A stretch of DNA of 64,000 nt from Candidatus Staskawiczbacteria bacterium (GCA_903835075.1 CAILLM010000008.1:25498-89497), one strand, 5' to 3'; positions 28,401 through 38,701 are shown, numbered from the stretch's first letter. A program made the numbers and translations. Notes: generated by a model not told the origin, from the letters alone.

Positions 28401-28731
28401 CTGCCAAATAAACCTCTTGTTCTTTTACTTCTTTGGTTTTAAGGTTTACTAATTTAATTTTTACTCTTAAAGACGCCTCAAGAGAACCATTGTTCTTTTT
28501 AGCATCTAAACCATTTTTGTAGTTTGGTTTTGAAAGTTTGTAATCTCCAAAATAAATTTCAAACTCTTTTCCAGTATAATCTCTAATAGGAGATATTTCT
28601 TCTAATAATTCTTTTACTCTAACTTCCCAAAAATCTTCATAAGCCTCTTTTTGCATTGTCAAAAGATGAGGCGTAGAATATTGCAACTTAGATTTTGAAA
28701 AGTTCTTTACTTTACTAATAATTTCTGCCAT
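25474..28731 (-). CDS. rpoB: DNA-directed RNA polymerase subunit beta
   Basis: 1085 aa, conserved beta-subunit blocks (e.g. GEMEVWALEGYGVAHILQE, rifampicin-cluster region). Confidence 0.95.
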   Translation of the reverse strand: MAEIISKVKNFSKSKLQYSTPHLLTMQKEAYEDFWEVRVKELLEEISPIRDYTGKEFEIYFGDYKLSKPNYKNGLDAKKNNGSLEASLRVKIKLVNLKTKEVKEQEVYLADFPVMTERATFVVNGVERVIVSQLIRSPGAFFTARLWRGKNYFGSKIIPNRGAWLEFETEESGFIGVKINRKRKVPATTLLMALGLKDIKAVEDAFKDIDTGEIQYIKETLKRDTCKDQKEALVEVYRRLRPGDLVTPDTAQDLIFNMFFNFDRYDLSKVGRWKTWLRLPNLAPKDLNSEIKKEDRMLKIEDIVEVVKEVIRLNNDPMAKADQVDHLGNRRVRTLSELLQNRLRVGLMRMERIIKDKMSTLEASTITPIQLINPRPLIAVVKEFFTSSQFSQFMDNENPLAELEHKRRLTTTGPGGLTRERAGFEVRDVQPSHYGRICPIETPEGPNVGLVGHLATFAKINPYGFIEAPYFKVKNGKVTDVVEYLSAQEEERHNVAPASVPLTDALKILPEIAPDKVEARVKGEPEEVKIEDIDYIDVSSKQFISVATSLIPFLNHDDASRALMGSNMQRQAVPLIKPEAPLVGTGTERNVARDSGQVILAEADGVIKEVDGQHILVKYEASGKKPAREEDYELQTFVRTNQYSCFHQKPIVEKGEKVKKGDVLADGAAISQGRLALGRNVLVCFLPLRGGGFEDSMTISERLGKEDEFTSIHIEDFTCDVRETKLGPEVTTSDIPNVGEEKLKDLDEEGIIRVGAAVGPNDILVGKISPKGEAELTPEERLLRAIFGDKAKDVKDSSLRMEHGKNGKVVNVTIFSRDLGHKLEPGVIKRIKVEVAESRKAKVGDKLVGRHGNKGVVSRVLAEHEMPFLADGTPVDLVISPLSVPSRMNLGQILETHLGLAAHALGYLAITPALIGANQEDVKRELKLAGLPESGQMTIYDGRTGLPFPTPVTVGYMYVMKLIHMVDDKVHARSIGPYSLITQQPLGGKAQFGGQRFGEMEVWALEGYGVAHILQEMLTIKSDDVQGRAAAYESILKGEPIRNPNIPASFNLLVAELKSLGMSVEVKERPRLERDDERENRRDNR

Positions 28732-29013
28732 TAATTATTTGTGCGAAGAATAGTTCACGCTTCGCGATTAAAAATATTTAAAAATTTTAACTATTAACAC
28801 AAAATACCCTTTTCTTTAGGGCATTTATCCCTCATCTTTTAAATAAAAAAATTTCGGCAATAAAAAATAACCGAGATGAGGGTTTTCGTTTTTCTAGAGT
28901 AAAGTTTGTGTGGCCACTGCTTTTTTATAGCCCGTTGATCAGACAGGCCTTAGTAAATGTATGTTATTCTATTTTTTAAAAAGTGTCAATACCTGCCTGC
29001 CGGCAGGCAGGGT
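28732..29013 (-). promoter_or_regulatory. Long (~280 nt) structured rpoB leader with a candidate promoter (TTGACA-N17-TAACAT on the minus strand, near 28960-28990) and a CCTGCCTGCCGGCAGGCAGG palindrome at 28992-29011
   Basis: Inverted repeats CCCTCATCT...AGATGAGGG, CCCTAAAGAAAAGGG and GCGAAG...CTTCGC in the leader. The 20-bp perfect palindrome sits just upstream of the -35. Confidence 0.35.
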
Positions 29014-29901
29014 CTAAACCACCGATGGTGTCGCCTCTTGAGCTTTATCTTTTTTCAAATTTAAGAAAGCTGAGATAATGAGCAATATTGAAAATAGAAA
29101 TGTAAATGTTAATTTAGGTGAAATTGCACCTAGGATGCTGGTTATAATAATTGGAGTAATCATTAATTGCATACCCGCCTTGTAGGAGCCTTTATATCCA
29201 ATTTTCAATTCTTTAATTTTTGCAATCAGCCATACTAGCAAAGCACCAAATAACAAATAAACCATATGCACCAATACTAAAAAGAATCCCCCTATGTACG
29301 CTCCAATTATGATTATTGGGTAAAGAATGACTAAGTATGGCTTAACTTTATTTACTCCCATAGAAATTATGTCTCTATTTAATGTGACATCTTTAACTTC
29401 CGATAACGGTGCCACTGTGATTGCGCCATCTTTCATATAAATTGCACTGTCTGCGGTTAAAAGTAGGAAAGTTTTGTAGGAATTGAAAGTTGCCACATCA
29501 AATTTATTTTTAGTATCAATTACCACCAAATTATCCAACTGAGTTAATTTATTCGCTGGAATACCGTTTATCTTAGCATCGGACGAATTAAAACCATTAT
29601 TATCCTTAAATGCATCGGGCATTTTTATAAAATAAGGCTCTTGAACGTTTGTAGAAACAACGCCATTTTTAACGCTTATTATAAGTTCTTGTGGAAAATA
29701 ATTAGGCGCCAAAGACAGTTTGCTTGGCAAAGCGCTAACAAATGGGGTAAGTTTTACAGTAGCTACAACTGCAAAAACCACGGCGAAAAGCAACGCAAAA
29801 GCTAACAAAAACTTAAATGAATAAGAAAATGGTTTTTCTAAAACTTCTTTATAATATTTAGGACTGTAAATGCTATTTTTTATTTTTACAAAAATATTCA
29901 T
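29014..29901 (-). CDS. Polytopic membrane protein, hypothetical (DUF1189/YIP1-like appearance)
   Basis: 295 aa with several TM helices. N-terminal IYSPKYYKEVLEKPFSYSFKFLL motif. Confidence 0.35.
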   Translation of the reverse strand: MNIFVKIKNSIYSPKYYKEVLEKPFSYSFKFLLAFALLFAVVFAVVATVKLTPFVSALPSKLSLAPNYFPQELIISVKNGVVSTNVQEPYFIKMPDAFKDNNGFNSSDAKINGIPANKLTQLDNLVVIDTKNKFDVATFNSYKTFLLLTADSAIYMKDGAITVAPLSEVKDVTLNRDIISMGVNKVKPYLVILYPIIIIGAYIGGFFLVLVHMVYLLFGALLVWLIAKIKELKIGYKGSYKAGMQLMITPIIITSILGAISPKLTFTFLFSILLIISAFLNLKKDKAQEATPSVV

Positions 29902-29939
29902 ATTTTTAAGTTTAATTATCTTTAATTATTATACCACAA

Positions 29940-31031
29940 TTATCTCCTTATCTTAATGCTTTGTAAAATTCCGAGGGAAACAAAGTTACCAATTAAGCCC
30001 GAGCCACCATAAGAAATAAACGGCAAATAAATTCCCACAACTGGTAATAAAGATAAATTCATTCCTATATTTATAAAAAATTGAGCAATTAAAATAACTG
30101 CGAAACCAGTTGCAAATAACCGCGGAAAATTAGAACTAGAATCAATAGCAATTTTTAAAACCCGCCATACCAAAAATCCATATGAAAAAAATAACACCAA
30201 AACCCCAAGCATTCCCCATTCTTCAGCAATTACAGAAAAAATAAAATCTGTATGGGGCTCGGGCAAAAATCCATATTGCACCTGACTACCCTTACCCATC
30301 CCCTCCCCTAAAATTTGTCCAGAACCAACTGAAATTTTTGTTTGATTTTGACTCCATGAAGCACCCAAATAATCATATGGGAATAAAAAGGCCGTAACTC
30401 TTTCTTTTTGATAATCTTTAAGAAGAAAAGTCCAAGCAATTCCCGAAACCAACATAAAACATAAAAAAAGTATAAGAAAATGTTTTAGCTTGATACCAGA
30501 CACCAATAAAATCCCCAGCCAAATACAAACTAGCACCATTGTGCCACCCAAATCAGGTTTAATAAACACAAAAATTGCAGGGATTACAACGTAAAGTCCA
30601 GAATAAATAATATGCCTAAATTTATACATTTCAACGTGTCGCATTGAGAAATATTTTGCCAGCAATACCACCAAAACAATCTTAGCTGGCTCAATGGGGT
30701 CTAAAGAAAATATTCCAATTTTATACCACCCCCTAGTTCCACGGATTATTGGTGCAAAGAAATGTAATCCTGCCAACATTAGTACGCAAGCCCCATATAA
30801 AATTAAAATTAGATAAGAGTTGTTTTTTAAAACTCTGTAATCAAAAAAACTTACCAAAAACATTAATACTGCCCCAACAGCAAAAAACATAATCTGCTTT
30901 GTAAGGTAAGAAAAATCGCTCTTCGCAATTGCAACGCTATAAAGAGACACCAACCCAAAACACACCAACACAAAAGCTGATATAATTATTCCCCAATCCA
31001 ATTTTCTGATTTGACTTGATATTATGCCCAT
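29940..31031 (-). CDS. SEDS-family peptidoglycan glycosyltransferase (FtsW/RodA)
   Basis: Ten-TM protein with conserved SEDS motifs (PEPHTDFIFSVIAEEWG, LPFISYGGSGL). Confidence 0.8.
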   Translation of the reverse strand: MGIISSQIRKLDWGIIISAFVLVCFGLVSLYSVAIAKSDFSYLTKQIMFFAVGAVLMFLVSFFDYRVLKNNSYLILILYGACVLMLAGLHFFAPIIRGTRGWYKIGIFSLDPIEPAKIVLVVLLAKYFSMRHVEMYKFRHIIYSGLYVVIPAIFVFIKPDLGGTMVLVCIWLGILLVSGIKLKHFLILFLCFMLVSGIAWTFLLKDYQKERVTAFLFPYDYLGASWSQNQTKISVGSGQILGEGMGKGSQVQYGFLPEPHTDFIFSVIAEEWGMLGVLVLFFSYGFLVWRVLKIAIDSSSNFPRLFATGFAVILIAQFFINIGMNLSLLPVVGIYLPFISYGGSGLIGNFVSLGILQSIKIRR

Positions 31032-31164
31032 TTAAAAAATAACTTACTATTGGTATTTAAACATCGAAAACGCTTATCTCGCACCCTTCATTAAAAAAAT
31101 AAATAAAAGGCTGTTTAATTGATTTGTAAAAATTCCCATTATTTAATAGCCTTTTTATATTTAT

Positions 31165-33222
31165 TTATTCCTGATGATTTCTTTGCCATTCTGAAAATTT
31201 TCTTAATTCCTCTTCCGTCATGCTAAGTAATTTCAAAAAATCTTGCTCCTCAAGAATTGTAATGCCCAGTTCAAGTGCACGCTCGGCCTTGCTTCCTGGT
31301 TCTGATCCTACCACAACATAGCTTGTTTTAGAAGAAACAGATTCTGCTGTATCACCACCCAATTCTCTTATTTTGGCCTTGGCTTGGTCACGCGACATTG
31401 ATTCTAAGCTTCCTGTTAAAACAAAGGTTTTGTCTGCAAACTTCTGGTCGCCCTTTTTATGTTCTGGAGCTATTATTTTTATATGTTTCTCTAATTTTTC
31501 TATAAACCTTAAATTATCTTTGTCAGCAAACCATTCGTAAATAGACTTTGAAACTACTGGCCCAATATCTAAAATTGCCTCAAAATTTTCCAATTCAGCT
31601 TCTTTTATTTTTTTAATACTTGAAAAATGTTTTGCCAAATCAATTGCAGTTTCTTCGCCAACATTTCTAATACCTAAAGCATAAATAAATTTTGCCAAAG
31701 GCACCTCACGTTTTTCTTGAATTGATTTAATTAGATTTTCTGCAGATTTTTCGGCAAACCGCTCTAAACTTTTAACATCAGCTTCTTTTAATTCAAACAA
31801 ATCAGATGGGTCATTAACCAAACCTTCGTCAAATAGTCTATCAATAATTTTAGGCCCTAGGCCATCTATATTAAATGCAGTTCTTGAAACAAAGTGATAA
31901 AAATTTCTTCTTTGTTTGGCAATACATTTTTGATTAGGACATCTTAAAATCGCCTCCCCCTCTAGTTTTACAAGTTTGGCCGAACAGCTAGGACAATTAG
32001 CTGGCATTTTAAAGTTTTTTTCGTGACCGGTTCGTAATTCTGGCAAAACTTTTATAATATTTGGGATAACATCACCTGCCCTACCCACAATTACAGTGTC
32101 TCCAATTTTTAAACCAAGTCTTTCAATTTCATCTTCATTGTGCAAAGTTGCTCTTGTTATGGTAATTCCCGTAACTCCAACTGGTTCCAACACTGCTACG
32201 GGCGTAATTGCCCCAGTCCTGCCCACTTGCACCTTAACATCAAGCACTTTAGTAGTCGCTTCAGCTTGAGGAAATTTATAAGCTATGGCTCCTCTGGGCG
32301 CCTTTCCTACAACACCCAAATTATCAAATATTTTATTATTATTTATTATCACTACAACACCGTCAATTTCATAATCTAATTTTTCTCTTTCTTTTATCCA
32401 ATATTCGCGAAATTCAAAAACTTCTTTTAGCGTTTTACAAAATTTATTATGCTTATTTGTTTTGAACCCCAAATCTTTTAAAATTTTGTGCTTTTCTTCA
32501 TGAGTTATTGCCTCGTCAGTAATTAAATCATAAGCAAAAGAATCTAGCTTTCTTCCTGCTGTTATTTTTGGGTCTAACTGCCTCACCGAACCTGCGGCAA
32601 TATTTCTTGGATTGGCATAAACCGGCAAACCTTTTTCTTTTTGAATTTTATTTATTCTGGCAAACTCCTTTTTTGTTATGAAAACCTCTCCCCTAACAAT
32701 CAAGTCTTTTTTACTTCCCGCCTGTGCAGGCAGGTTGATTGTCAAAGGAATCGCTTCAACTGTTTTTAAATTTTGGGTAATATCTTCACCAACTGTGCCG
32801 TCACCTCTTGTAGCGCCAGTAATAAAATTTCCATTTTTATAAATTAATTCAATTGCCAAGCCATCAATTTTTAATTCGCAATAATAATTAACGTCCTGCC
32901 TTTCTTTTTCGGGAACTAGTTTCATAAATCTTTCTTGCCAATCTTCCATATCTTCTTTTGAAAAAGCGTCGTTAAAAGAAAGCATTCTATGAGAATGTTT
33001 TATTTTTTTAAATTCTTTTAATGGTTTTCCACCGATTCTTTGCGTTGGCGAATCTGCAGTTATTAATTCAGGGCATTCTTGCTCTAAATCAAAAAGTTCT
33101 TTTTTCAAAGAATCTAAAGCTGAGTCAGAAATTTCTTGCCTATCTAATACGTGGTAAAGATAACGATGATGGTTTATCGTTTCCCTTAGTTTTTTTATTC
33201 TTTCTTCTATTTCTTTTTTCAT
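31165..33222 (-). CDS. ligA: NAD-dependent DNA ligase LigA
   Basis: KxDG adenylation motif (ELKIDGLAIEL), OB-fold, Zn-finger Cys cluster (CPSCSAKL...CPNQKC), HhH and BRCT regions. 685 aa. Confidence 0.9.
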   Translation of the reverse strand: MKKEIEERIKKLRETINHHRYLYHVLDRQEISDSALDSLKKELFDLEQECPELITADSPTQRIGGKPLKEFKKIKHSHRMLSFNDAFSKEDMEDWQERFMKLVPEKERQDVNYYCELKIDGLAIELIYKNGNFITGATRGDGTVGEDITQNLKTVEAIPLTINLPAQAGSKKDLIVRGEVFITKKEFARINKIQKEKGLPVYANPRNIAAGSVRQLDPKITAGRKLDSFAYDLITDEAITHEEKHKILKDLGFKTNKHNKFCKTLKEVFEFREYWIKEREKLDYEIDGVVVIINNNKIFDNLGVVGKAPRGAIAYKFPQAEATTKVLDVKVQVGRTGAITPVAVLEPVGVTGITITRATLHNEDEIERLGLKIGDTVIVGRAGDVIPNIIKVLPELRTGHEKNFKMPANCPSCSAKLVKLEGEAILRCPNQKCIAKQRRNFYHFVSRTAFNIDGLGPKIIDRLFDEGLVNDPSDLFELKEADVKSLERFAEKSAENLIKSIQEKREVPLAKFIYALGIRNVGEETAIDLAKHFSSIKKIKEAELENFEAILDIGPVVSKSIYEWFADKDNLRFIEKLEKHIKIIAPEHKKGDQKFADKTFVLTGSLESMSRDQAKAKIRELGGDTAESVSSKTSYVVVGSEPGSKAERALELGITILEEQDFLKLLSMTEEELRKFSEWQRNHQE

Positions 33223-33224
33223 AA

Positions 33225-34370
33225 TTACATACTAGTTGCACAAACCGTAGAAGCAAGAGTGGCTTCTGATGAATTTCCCTGACTGTCAAATGCCTTAATA
33301 CTAAAATTATAGGTGTTGCCAGAGGTGGCATCATTCCATGGCTTTGACCAATCATTTTTACCATTTCCCGATGCCTGCAATGCCAAACCTGCTTCAGGAA
33401 ATTTGTCTGCAACGGCATTTCCCTTATCAAAAGCCGTAACACTGCTTATGTCGTTTGCACCCGTTACTGTAGCTGAAAATTGTATATGCCCGTTACTGTC
33501 ACAAACAACTGATGCATTTGTTATACTGGGGCCAGATGATGACAATACTGAATGGGCATTACTAATAATTTCTTGGTTTTGATTTGTATCTATAACTATT
33601 TGAATTTGCCTGCCTGCTCCAGCATAAAATCCCTTTGAGCTGATTTCAAATTTTTTGGTAGTCCCTTCTGTATAAACACTGGCAGTTGTGGAATAAGTGA
33701 TACCTTTGTCATCATCAAGAATAGTATCAAAAGAAATTGAGCAATCATCACATTTATCTAAATCACAACCATGTGTAGGATCTGTTGTAGTGCCTACTTT
33801 ATAGCCCTGAAATGGCGCGCTAAAAGAAGCGTCCGTAGATGGCTTGCACCTTGTACTTGAGTCATTATTAGTAGCATTGTTGTTACAATAGTTTGTAGTG
33901 TTAATATATTCTCCATGTATCATAGCACACAGACCTCGTGCCACACTTGCCACACAATATCCGTTGACACAAAATGGGTATGGCGAAGAACATCCTGCGT
34001 TATTTCGACAAGAAATTCCATTGCTTGGCTGAACCTGCCTATCGTAATAAAGAACTTTCTCTATTCCGCTGTCAGCGCTATAAAGGCCAACCACAGAGTT
34101 ACCTATATTTCTCATTACTTTCATTTCACTATACAAAAGTGTGCTAATAGACACAACTACTGCCAAAATAATTATCATTATAAATAAAGTGATAATCAAA
34201 GAAACACCTTTTTGATAATTTAAAGTTTTAAGCTTTTTCACATTGTTCTGAGCTCGCACCCTTCTTATGAAAAATATATAAAAGGCTGTAAATAAAGTGA
34301 TAATTAAAGAAACCCCCTTTTCAGAATTTTTAATTTTTAATTTTAAATTTTTAATTAAATAAGCAATCAT
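33225..34370 (-). CDS. Pilin-like secreted protein with Cys-rich and Ig-like C-terminal domains; candidate pilus-associated adhesin / atypical minor pilin
   Basis: N-terminus carries two copies of the prepilin-like hydrophobic segment KGVSLIITLF (a ~105-bp tandem duplication, 34183-34335) lacking Glu5. Followed by a Cys-rich region (CRNNAGCSSPYPFCVNGYC...CDLDKCDDC) and Thr/Ser-rich beta-type repeats. Lies directly downstream of three minor pilin genes. Confidence 0.4.
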   Translation of the reverse strand: MIAYLIKNLKLKIKNSEKGVSLIITLFTAFYIFFIRRVRAQNNVKKLKTLNYQKGVSLIITLFIMIIILAVVVSISTLLYSEMKVMRNIGNSVVGLYSADSGIEKVLYYDRQVQPSNGISCRNNAGCSSPYPFCVNGYCVASVARGLCAMIHGEYINTTNYCNNNATNNDSSTRCKPSTDASFSAPFQGYKVGTTTDPTHGCDLDKCDDCSISFDTILDDDKGITYSTTASVYTEGTTKKFEISSKGFYAGAGRQIQIVIDTNQNQEIISNAHSVLSSSGPSITNASVVCDSNGHIQFSATVTGANDISSVTAFDKGNAVADKFPEAGLALQASGNGKNDWSKPWNDATSGNTYNFSIKAFDSQGNSSEATLASTVCATSM

Positions 34371-35120
34371 TTATTTTATATTAAGGTTTCTTTGTGAAAC
34401 TGTTGTTTGGACTGTTGTTGTAGTTAAGCACCTGTGAGTAGATACATCACACATATCCCCCAGAGGGCAAACAGTAATTGGAGAACAATTAACATTTGTC
34501 GCTTGATTGTCATTGGAAACACCAATATTAAAAAGCATTGTCACCCTTGGCTGAACCGTGTCTGCATTTGAAGCTCCACAGCTGGTGGGATTATCAGCAC
34601 AACCCTGCCCCGCAACCGTGCCGTCTTTCCCATTAATAGAAAACTTAACATAATTTATTTTCAAACCCGCAGAAGTAATTGCTATGGCACCATCATTGTT
34701 GCTTGCCCTATAACCAGGCTCGCTACCCTTTAATTCTTTTAAAACTGGATGCAATGAATCTGCGGTGTTATCTATATAAAATTCCTGACAGTCCCCACTT
34801 GATTGATTAAAAAATCTTATGCCCTCAAAAGTTTGATTATCATTGTCGTGATCTGTTAACAAATAAATATATCCTTTTGGAACACAACTTCCATTAGCAG
34901 TATTGTCTACTGCCGCCATTCTTAATGCTTTTGACATATATTCTTCCACATAACTAATTTGGCTTATAAGTTGCTGTTCAGATAAAACTTTTTTTTGATT
35001 TTGTACAACTGAAATAAAAATGCTAATTGCAACTCCAATTATAAACAAAAATACCCCCATTACAACAATTACTTCTATTAAGGTAAATCCCAAATTGGTT
35101 TTATTTTTTTTAAAAAACAT
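34371..35120 (-). CDS. Type IV minor pilin / pseudopilin (prepilin-type N-terminal cleavage/methylation domain)
   Basis: N-terminus NLGFTLIEVIVVMGVFLFIIG is the class III signal with G|FTLIE. Confidence 0.7.
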   Translation of the reverse strand: MFFKKNKTNLGFTLIEVIVVMGVFLFIIGVAISIFISVVQNQKKVLSEQQLISQISYVEEYMSKALRMAAVDNTANGSCVPKGYIYLLTDHDNDNQTFEGIRFFNQSSGDCQEFYIDNTADSLHPVLKELKGSEPGYRASNNDGAIAITSAGLKINYVKFSINGKDGTVAGQGCADNPTSCGASNADTVQPRVTMLFNIGVSNDNQATNVNCSPITVCPLGDMCDVSTHRCLTTTTVQTTVSQRNLNIK

Positions 35121-35130
35121 ATTTTAAATT

Positions 35131-36126
35131 TTAAGGACTAATAGTGGTCACTGTTATTATGCAGTCTTGTGTTGTTCCGTCAGCGGCGGTAATAGTATAG
35201 GTCACAGGGCTTGAAAAATCATGTTGTTGATGGCTATCTATGCCAACATCTCCGCTTGTTTGCGGGTAGCCGTCAACTGTCACCAAATTACCAGTTGTTG
35301 AGAAAACTGCAGTTAAGTCATGTACATCTACTCCATAATTTGACGATGGTGGGATATTAACATTGATTCTGTGAGGATTTACATTTTCATCTTTTTCATC
35401 AGTTTCACCTGTGGCTGTATAGCCAAAGTTAAAAGTAGTAAAATATTTTGCAGAACCAAGCACTGGATACCAATTATAAAGCGTTCCTTCTGTAGTTATG
35501 CAATTAGAAACATTAAAAGGACAATTATCAGCCCCATCATCGGGGCAACATTTTATTGCCAAAACTCCAGGACTAAGAATTGTTGATTTTTTATCCCAAG
35601 AGGTTTGAACCTTAACCTTTAAAATATGGGGGGTTGGATTATCATCGATATCTTTAATTGGCTCAATTATTATCCTTCTTTTAAATTTTGTTTGCGGTAA
35701 ATTATCATCAGTTGTGGGATAAACATATAAACCCTTATCATTTAAATGCAAATAATCTGAGTTAGAGTTTGAAGTTCTAAGCATTGCAGTTGAAGTATAG
35801 TCTGCCCTACACGAGTTAGTGCCACTATTACTCATACAATCAATTGCTTGGTTAAGCCCAGATAAGGTGAGCCCATCAACCCAAGAAGCCGGACAAGTGT
35901 TACTGGGAGCAATTGCGCAAGCATTCATATCTAACCAATTTGTATCTCTTATATTTCTAACTATTTCCATACCCTCCTGAGATAAATAAGTTGCCGTAAG
36001 CCTGTCAGAAGAATCGGAAGTTAAAATCATTACAACAGAAAGTGCATTAAAAATCCCTATTACAGCAATAGACAAAACAAAAATAGAAACTACAAGTTCA
36101 ATAATGGTAAATCCTTTAGAATTCAT
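35131..36126 (-). CDS. Type IV minor pilin / pseudopilin
   Basis: N-terminus MNSKGFTIIELVVSIFVLSIAVIG. Confidence 0.7.
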   Translation of the reverse strand: MNSKGFTIIELVVSIFVLSIAVIGIFNALSVVMILTSDSSDRLTATYLSQEGMEIVRNIRDTNWLDMNACAIAPSNTCPASWVDGLTLSGLNQAIDCMSNSGTNSCRADYTSTAMLRTSNSNSDYLHLNDKGLYVYPTTDDNLPQTKFKRRIIIEPIKDIDDNPTPHILKVKVQTSWDKKSTILSPGVLAIKCCPDDGADNCPFNVSNCITTEGTLYNWYPVLGSAKYFTTFNFGYTATGETDEKDENVNPHRINVNIPPSSNYGVDVHDLTAVFSTTGNLVTVDGYPQTSGDVGIDSHQQHDFSSPVTYTITAADGTTQDCIITVTTISP

Positions 36127-36131
36127 ATAAT

Positions 36132-36788
36132 TTATTGCACATTTATTAACCCCGATGTATTGACTTTAACAGCCCTGGTGGCAAGGTCTATATTTTTGAA
36201 ACCAACTTCAACTTCTGTTTTTAAATTATTAGGATCAGAAATATTAAGATTATCAATTTTTGTAACTGGCCCTGGGGGGCTAAAATTTATGCTCGTTATG
36301 CCGTTACTAATAATATTAGAAATTGAGTTTATATATAAACTAGAATTTTTTTGAGATATATCAACCACCTCCAAAACGCAATCAGTTGTTCGGGCATAAT
36401 CTTCTGTTTGGGTGGAGACTTCACTGCAAAGAGGATATGACAAATCACCATCATATTTTTGTGTACCCACCCTAACCCCACTATTGTTTTCTGGCCCTGC
36501 CACATCAGCATATATTACATATTCACTTTTATTGTTTGGAAGATTAAAATAAATACCATAACCCTGCACCATTATGGAATAACCATTTTTATCTTTTAAG
36601 GCAATCCCAGACAGACCCAAATCTTGGGCTTTCCTTAAATCTTGAGCAAAATTATAAGAAACCCTAGAAAGTGCAAGTTGTCTTAACATTTTTGGAAAAT
36701 CAGAAATTAAAATAATTGTAAACAAAGCTACAATAAAAATCACCACAACAACCTCAACCAACGTAATACCACGTTCAAATTTCTTCAT
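36132..36788 (-). CDS. Type IV minor pilin / pseudopilin (GspH/FimT-like)
   Basis: N-terminus RGITLVEVVVVIFIVALFTIIL. Confidence 0.65.
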   Translation of the reverse strand: MKKFERGITLVEVVVVIFIVALFTIILISDFPKMLRQLALSRVSYNFAQDLRKAQDLGLSGIALKDKNGYSIMVQGYGIYFNLPNNKSEYVIYADVAGPENNSGVRVGTQKYDGDLSYPLCSEVSTQTEDYARTTDCVLEVVDISQKNSSLYINSISNIISNGITSINFSPPGPVTKIDNLNISDPNNLKTEVEVGFKNIDLATRAVKVNTSGLINVQ

Positions 36789-37552
36789 ATTATAAAAAAA
36801 TTCAAGTACCAGCTAATTATTTGATTACCATGAAGCATAGCTATAAAAGTTCCTGCAATTAGAAACGGGCCAAAAGGTATTGCACTTTTTAGGCTTTTAT
36901 TTTGCCCCAACATCAACATTAAGCCTATTATAGCACCAAAAAAGAATGCCAAAAACAAAGCCACCAAAACATTAGGAAACCCCAATAAAATCCCCATTAA
37001 AAAAACTAGTTCCACATCCCCAAAACCCATTGCTTTTTCTTTAGATATCCAAAAAATTAAAAAGAAAACTCCAGAAGCAATTAACGTTGCTAAAATTGTG
37101 GATAATAAATATTGGCCGTTATACGGTGGGATTAAATTATAAATTATTGTAATTATAATAGCAGGAAATAATGCCACCTCTGGTATTAAATAATGCTTTA
37201 AATCATAAATAAAAATTATAATTAAAAAAATACTTACAATTAAATAAAAAATGGATTGTAAAATGTTTTGAGGATTGAAAATTAACAAAAATAAAATACC
37301 TGTTGCTAATTCTACTAATGGGTATTGAATTGATATTTTTTTATGGCAATAACGGCATTTCCCACGCAAAAATAAAAAGCTTAGCAAGGGAAAAAGGTCT
37401 TGCCAGCTTAAAATATGTTTGCAATGTGGGCAAAAAGATCTACCATTTATGCTTTTCTCTTCTTCCACTCTATAAACCATGCAATTCAAAAAACTGCCAA
37501 TACATAGTCCAAAAAGAAAAATAAAAATATTTATTAATAAGTTTAAAATCAT
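36785..37552 (-). CDS. pilD: Prepilin peptidase (A24 family, PilD)
   Basis: N-terminal CPHC...CRYC zinc tetrad, polytopic membrane domain, conserved GFGDVELVFLMG region. Confidence 0.85.
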   Translation of the reverse strand: MILNLLINIFIFLFGLCIGSFLNCMVYRVEEEKSINGRSFCPHCKHILSWQDLFPLLSFLFLRGKCRYCHKKISIQYPLVELATGILFLLIFNPQNILQSIFYLIVSIFLIIIFIYDLKHYLIPEVALFPAIIITIIYNLIPPYNGQYLLSTILATLIASGVFFLIFWISKEKAMGFGDVELVFLMGILLGFPNVLVALFLAFFFGAIIGLMLMLGQNKSLKSAIPFGPFLIAGTFIAMLHGNQIISWYLNFFII

Positions 37553-37620
37553 TAGGTTATTTTATCATTTTTATAAATAAAAAACACCCCAACAAAGGGG
37601 TGTTTTTATTATAGCCCTTA

Positions 37621-38043
37621 CTACTGACAGGTAAAATGCGTAGCTGAACAAGCTACATTAGCTCCCTTATAGCCTGTGTTATCAACGCAATAGCTGCTAT
37701 ATGTTCCACCAGAAGGCATTGTAGGAACTACTCCACACCATGCCTGAGGGTTTGTATCGGTACTGGCCGCCCCATAACAGGTTAGCGTTCCACCGGCACC
37801 ATTTACTGCAGTAACGATCGAAGTAGCAGTAGCGCAAAAAGCTAAGCCAGTGTATGTATTATCAGGAGTGTCATAATATACTGCTGCATTTGTTAATAAT
37901 GTTGACAAATTACCCTGGATTGCCGCTGCCTTTCCCTTGTTGATGTATTGGGTAACGTTAACCAATACTATTCCTGCCAAAACTGCAATAATAGCAATAA
38001 CCACAATTAATTCTATAATTGTAAAACCTTTTTGTTTATTCAT
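37621..38043 (-). CDS. pilA: Type IV major pilin (PilA-like), copy 2
   Basis: MNKQKGFTIIELIVVIAIIAVLAGIV class III signal; 140 aa with C-terminal Cys pair. Confidence 0.75.
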   Translation of the reverse strand: MNKQKGFTIIELIVVIAIIAVLAGIVLVNVTQYINKGKAAAIQGNLSTLLTNAAVYYDTPDNTYTGLAFCATATSIVTAVNGAGGTLTCYGAASTDTNPQAWCGVVPTMPSGGTYSSYCVDNTGYKGANVACSATHFTCQ

Positions 38044-38194
38044 ATTTTTATTATTTATTTTTTAATTATTTTAAATTTTTCTAAAATTTCGGAAGTCGAC
38101 CTATACCCAATTAAACAGAATTAATTGAGCGTTTTATAGTTTCTTTTATTTTACAAAATTAAAGCATTACAAGCAATAGCACATTTGTGGATAA

Positions 38195-38701
38195 CTATGG
38201 ACACTGATACAAACTTGAATCAAATGCTGAATTTTCTTCCACGTCCTCTTTCATGCCCCTACTGTCCACGCAATAAACATTTTCAGAATTTAAAAAATCT
38301 CTTGCCCAAGCCTTCCAGGCCTGACCAGTATTGGGGTCAACACTACAACAAAGCCCTGCTGGGTTGCCCGCGCCCTCACCTCTTCCTGTAGTTGCCCATG
38401 TAGTAGTATCAACTGGATCATAATAGCAATCTCCATTTATATTTTTGGGCATTTGGGAAATAACATTTTTTATTACATTGTTTGATTCTGGTTCACAAAA
38501 ATCAGTATAGCTGTTACTATTACCATTATAAAAAACTTCTCCTGCTGGAATTAAAATTGCTAAATTACCAGCTATATTTGAATCTTTCCCCTTACTTATA
38601 TATTGTGTAGTAGTAACTAAAATTATTGCAGACAAAACTGCAATTATTGCCACCACCACAACCAACTCTATTAAGGTAAAACCCTTATATTTTTTAATCA
38701 T
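38195..38701 (-). CDS. pilA: Type IV major pilin (PilA-like), copy 1
   Basis: MIKKYKGFTLIELVVVVAIIAVLSAIIL; 168 aa, Cys residues in the C-terminal region. Confidence 0.75.
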   Translation of the reverse strand: MIKKYKGFTLIELVVVVAIIAVLSAIILVTTTQYISKGKDSNIAGNLAILIPAGEVFYNGNSNSYTDFCEPESNNVIKNVISQMPKNINGDCYYDPVDTTTWATTGRGEGAGNPAGLCCSVDPNTGQAWKAWARDFLNSENVYCVDSRGMKEDVEENSAFDSSLYQCP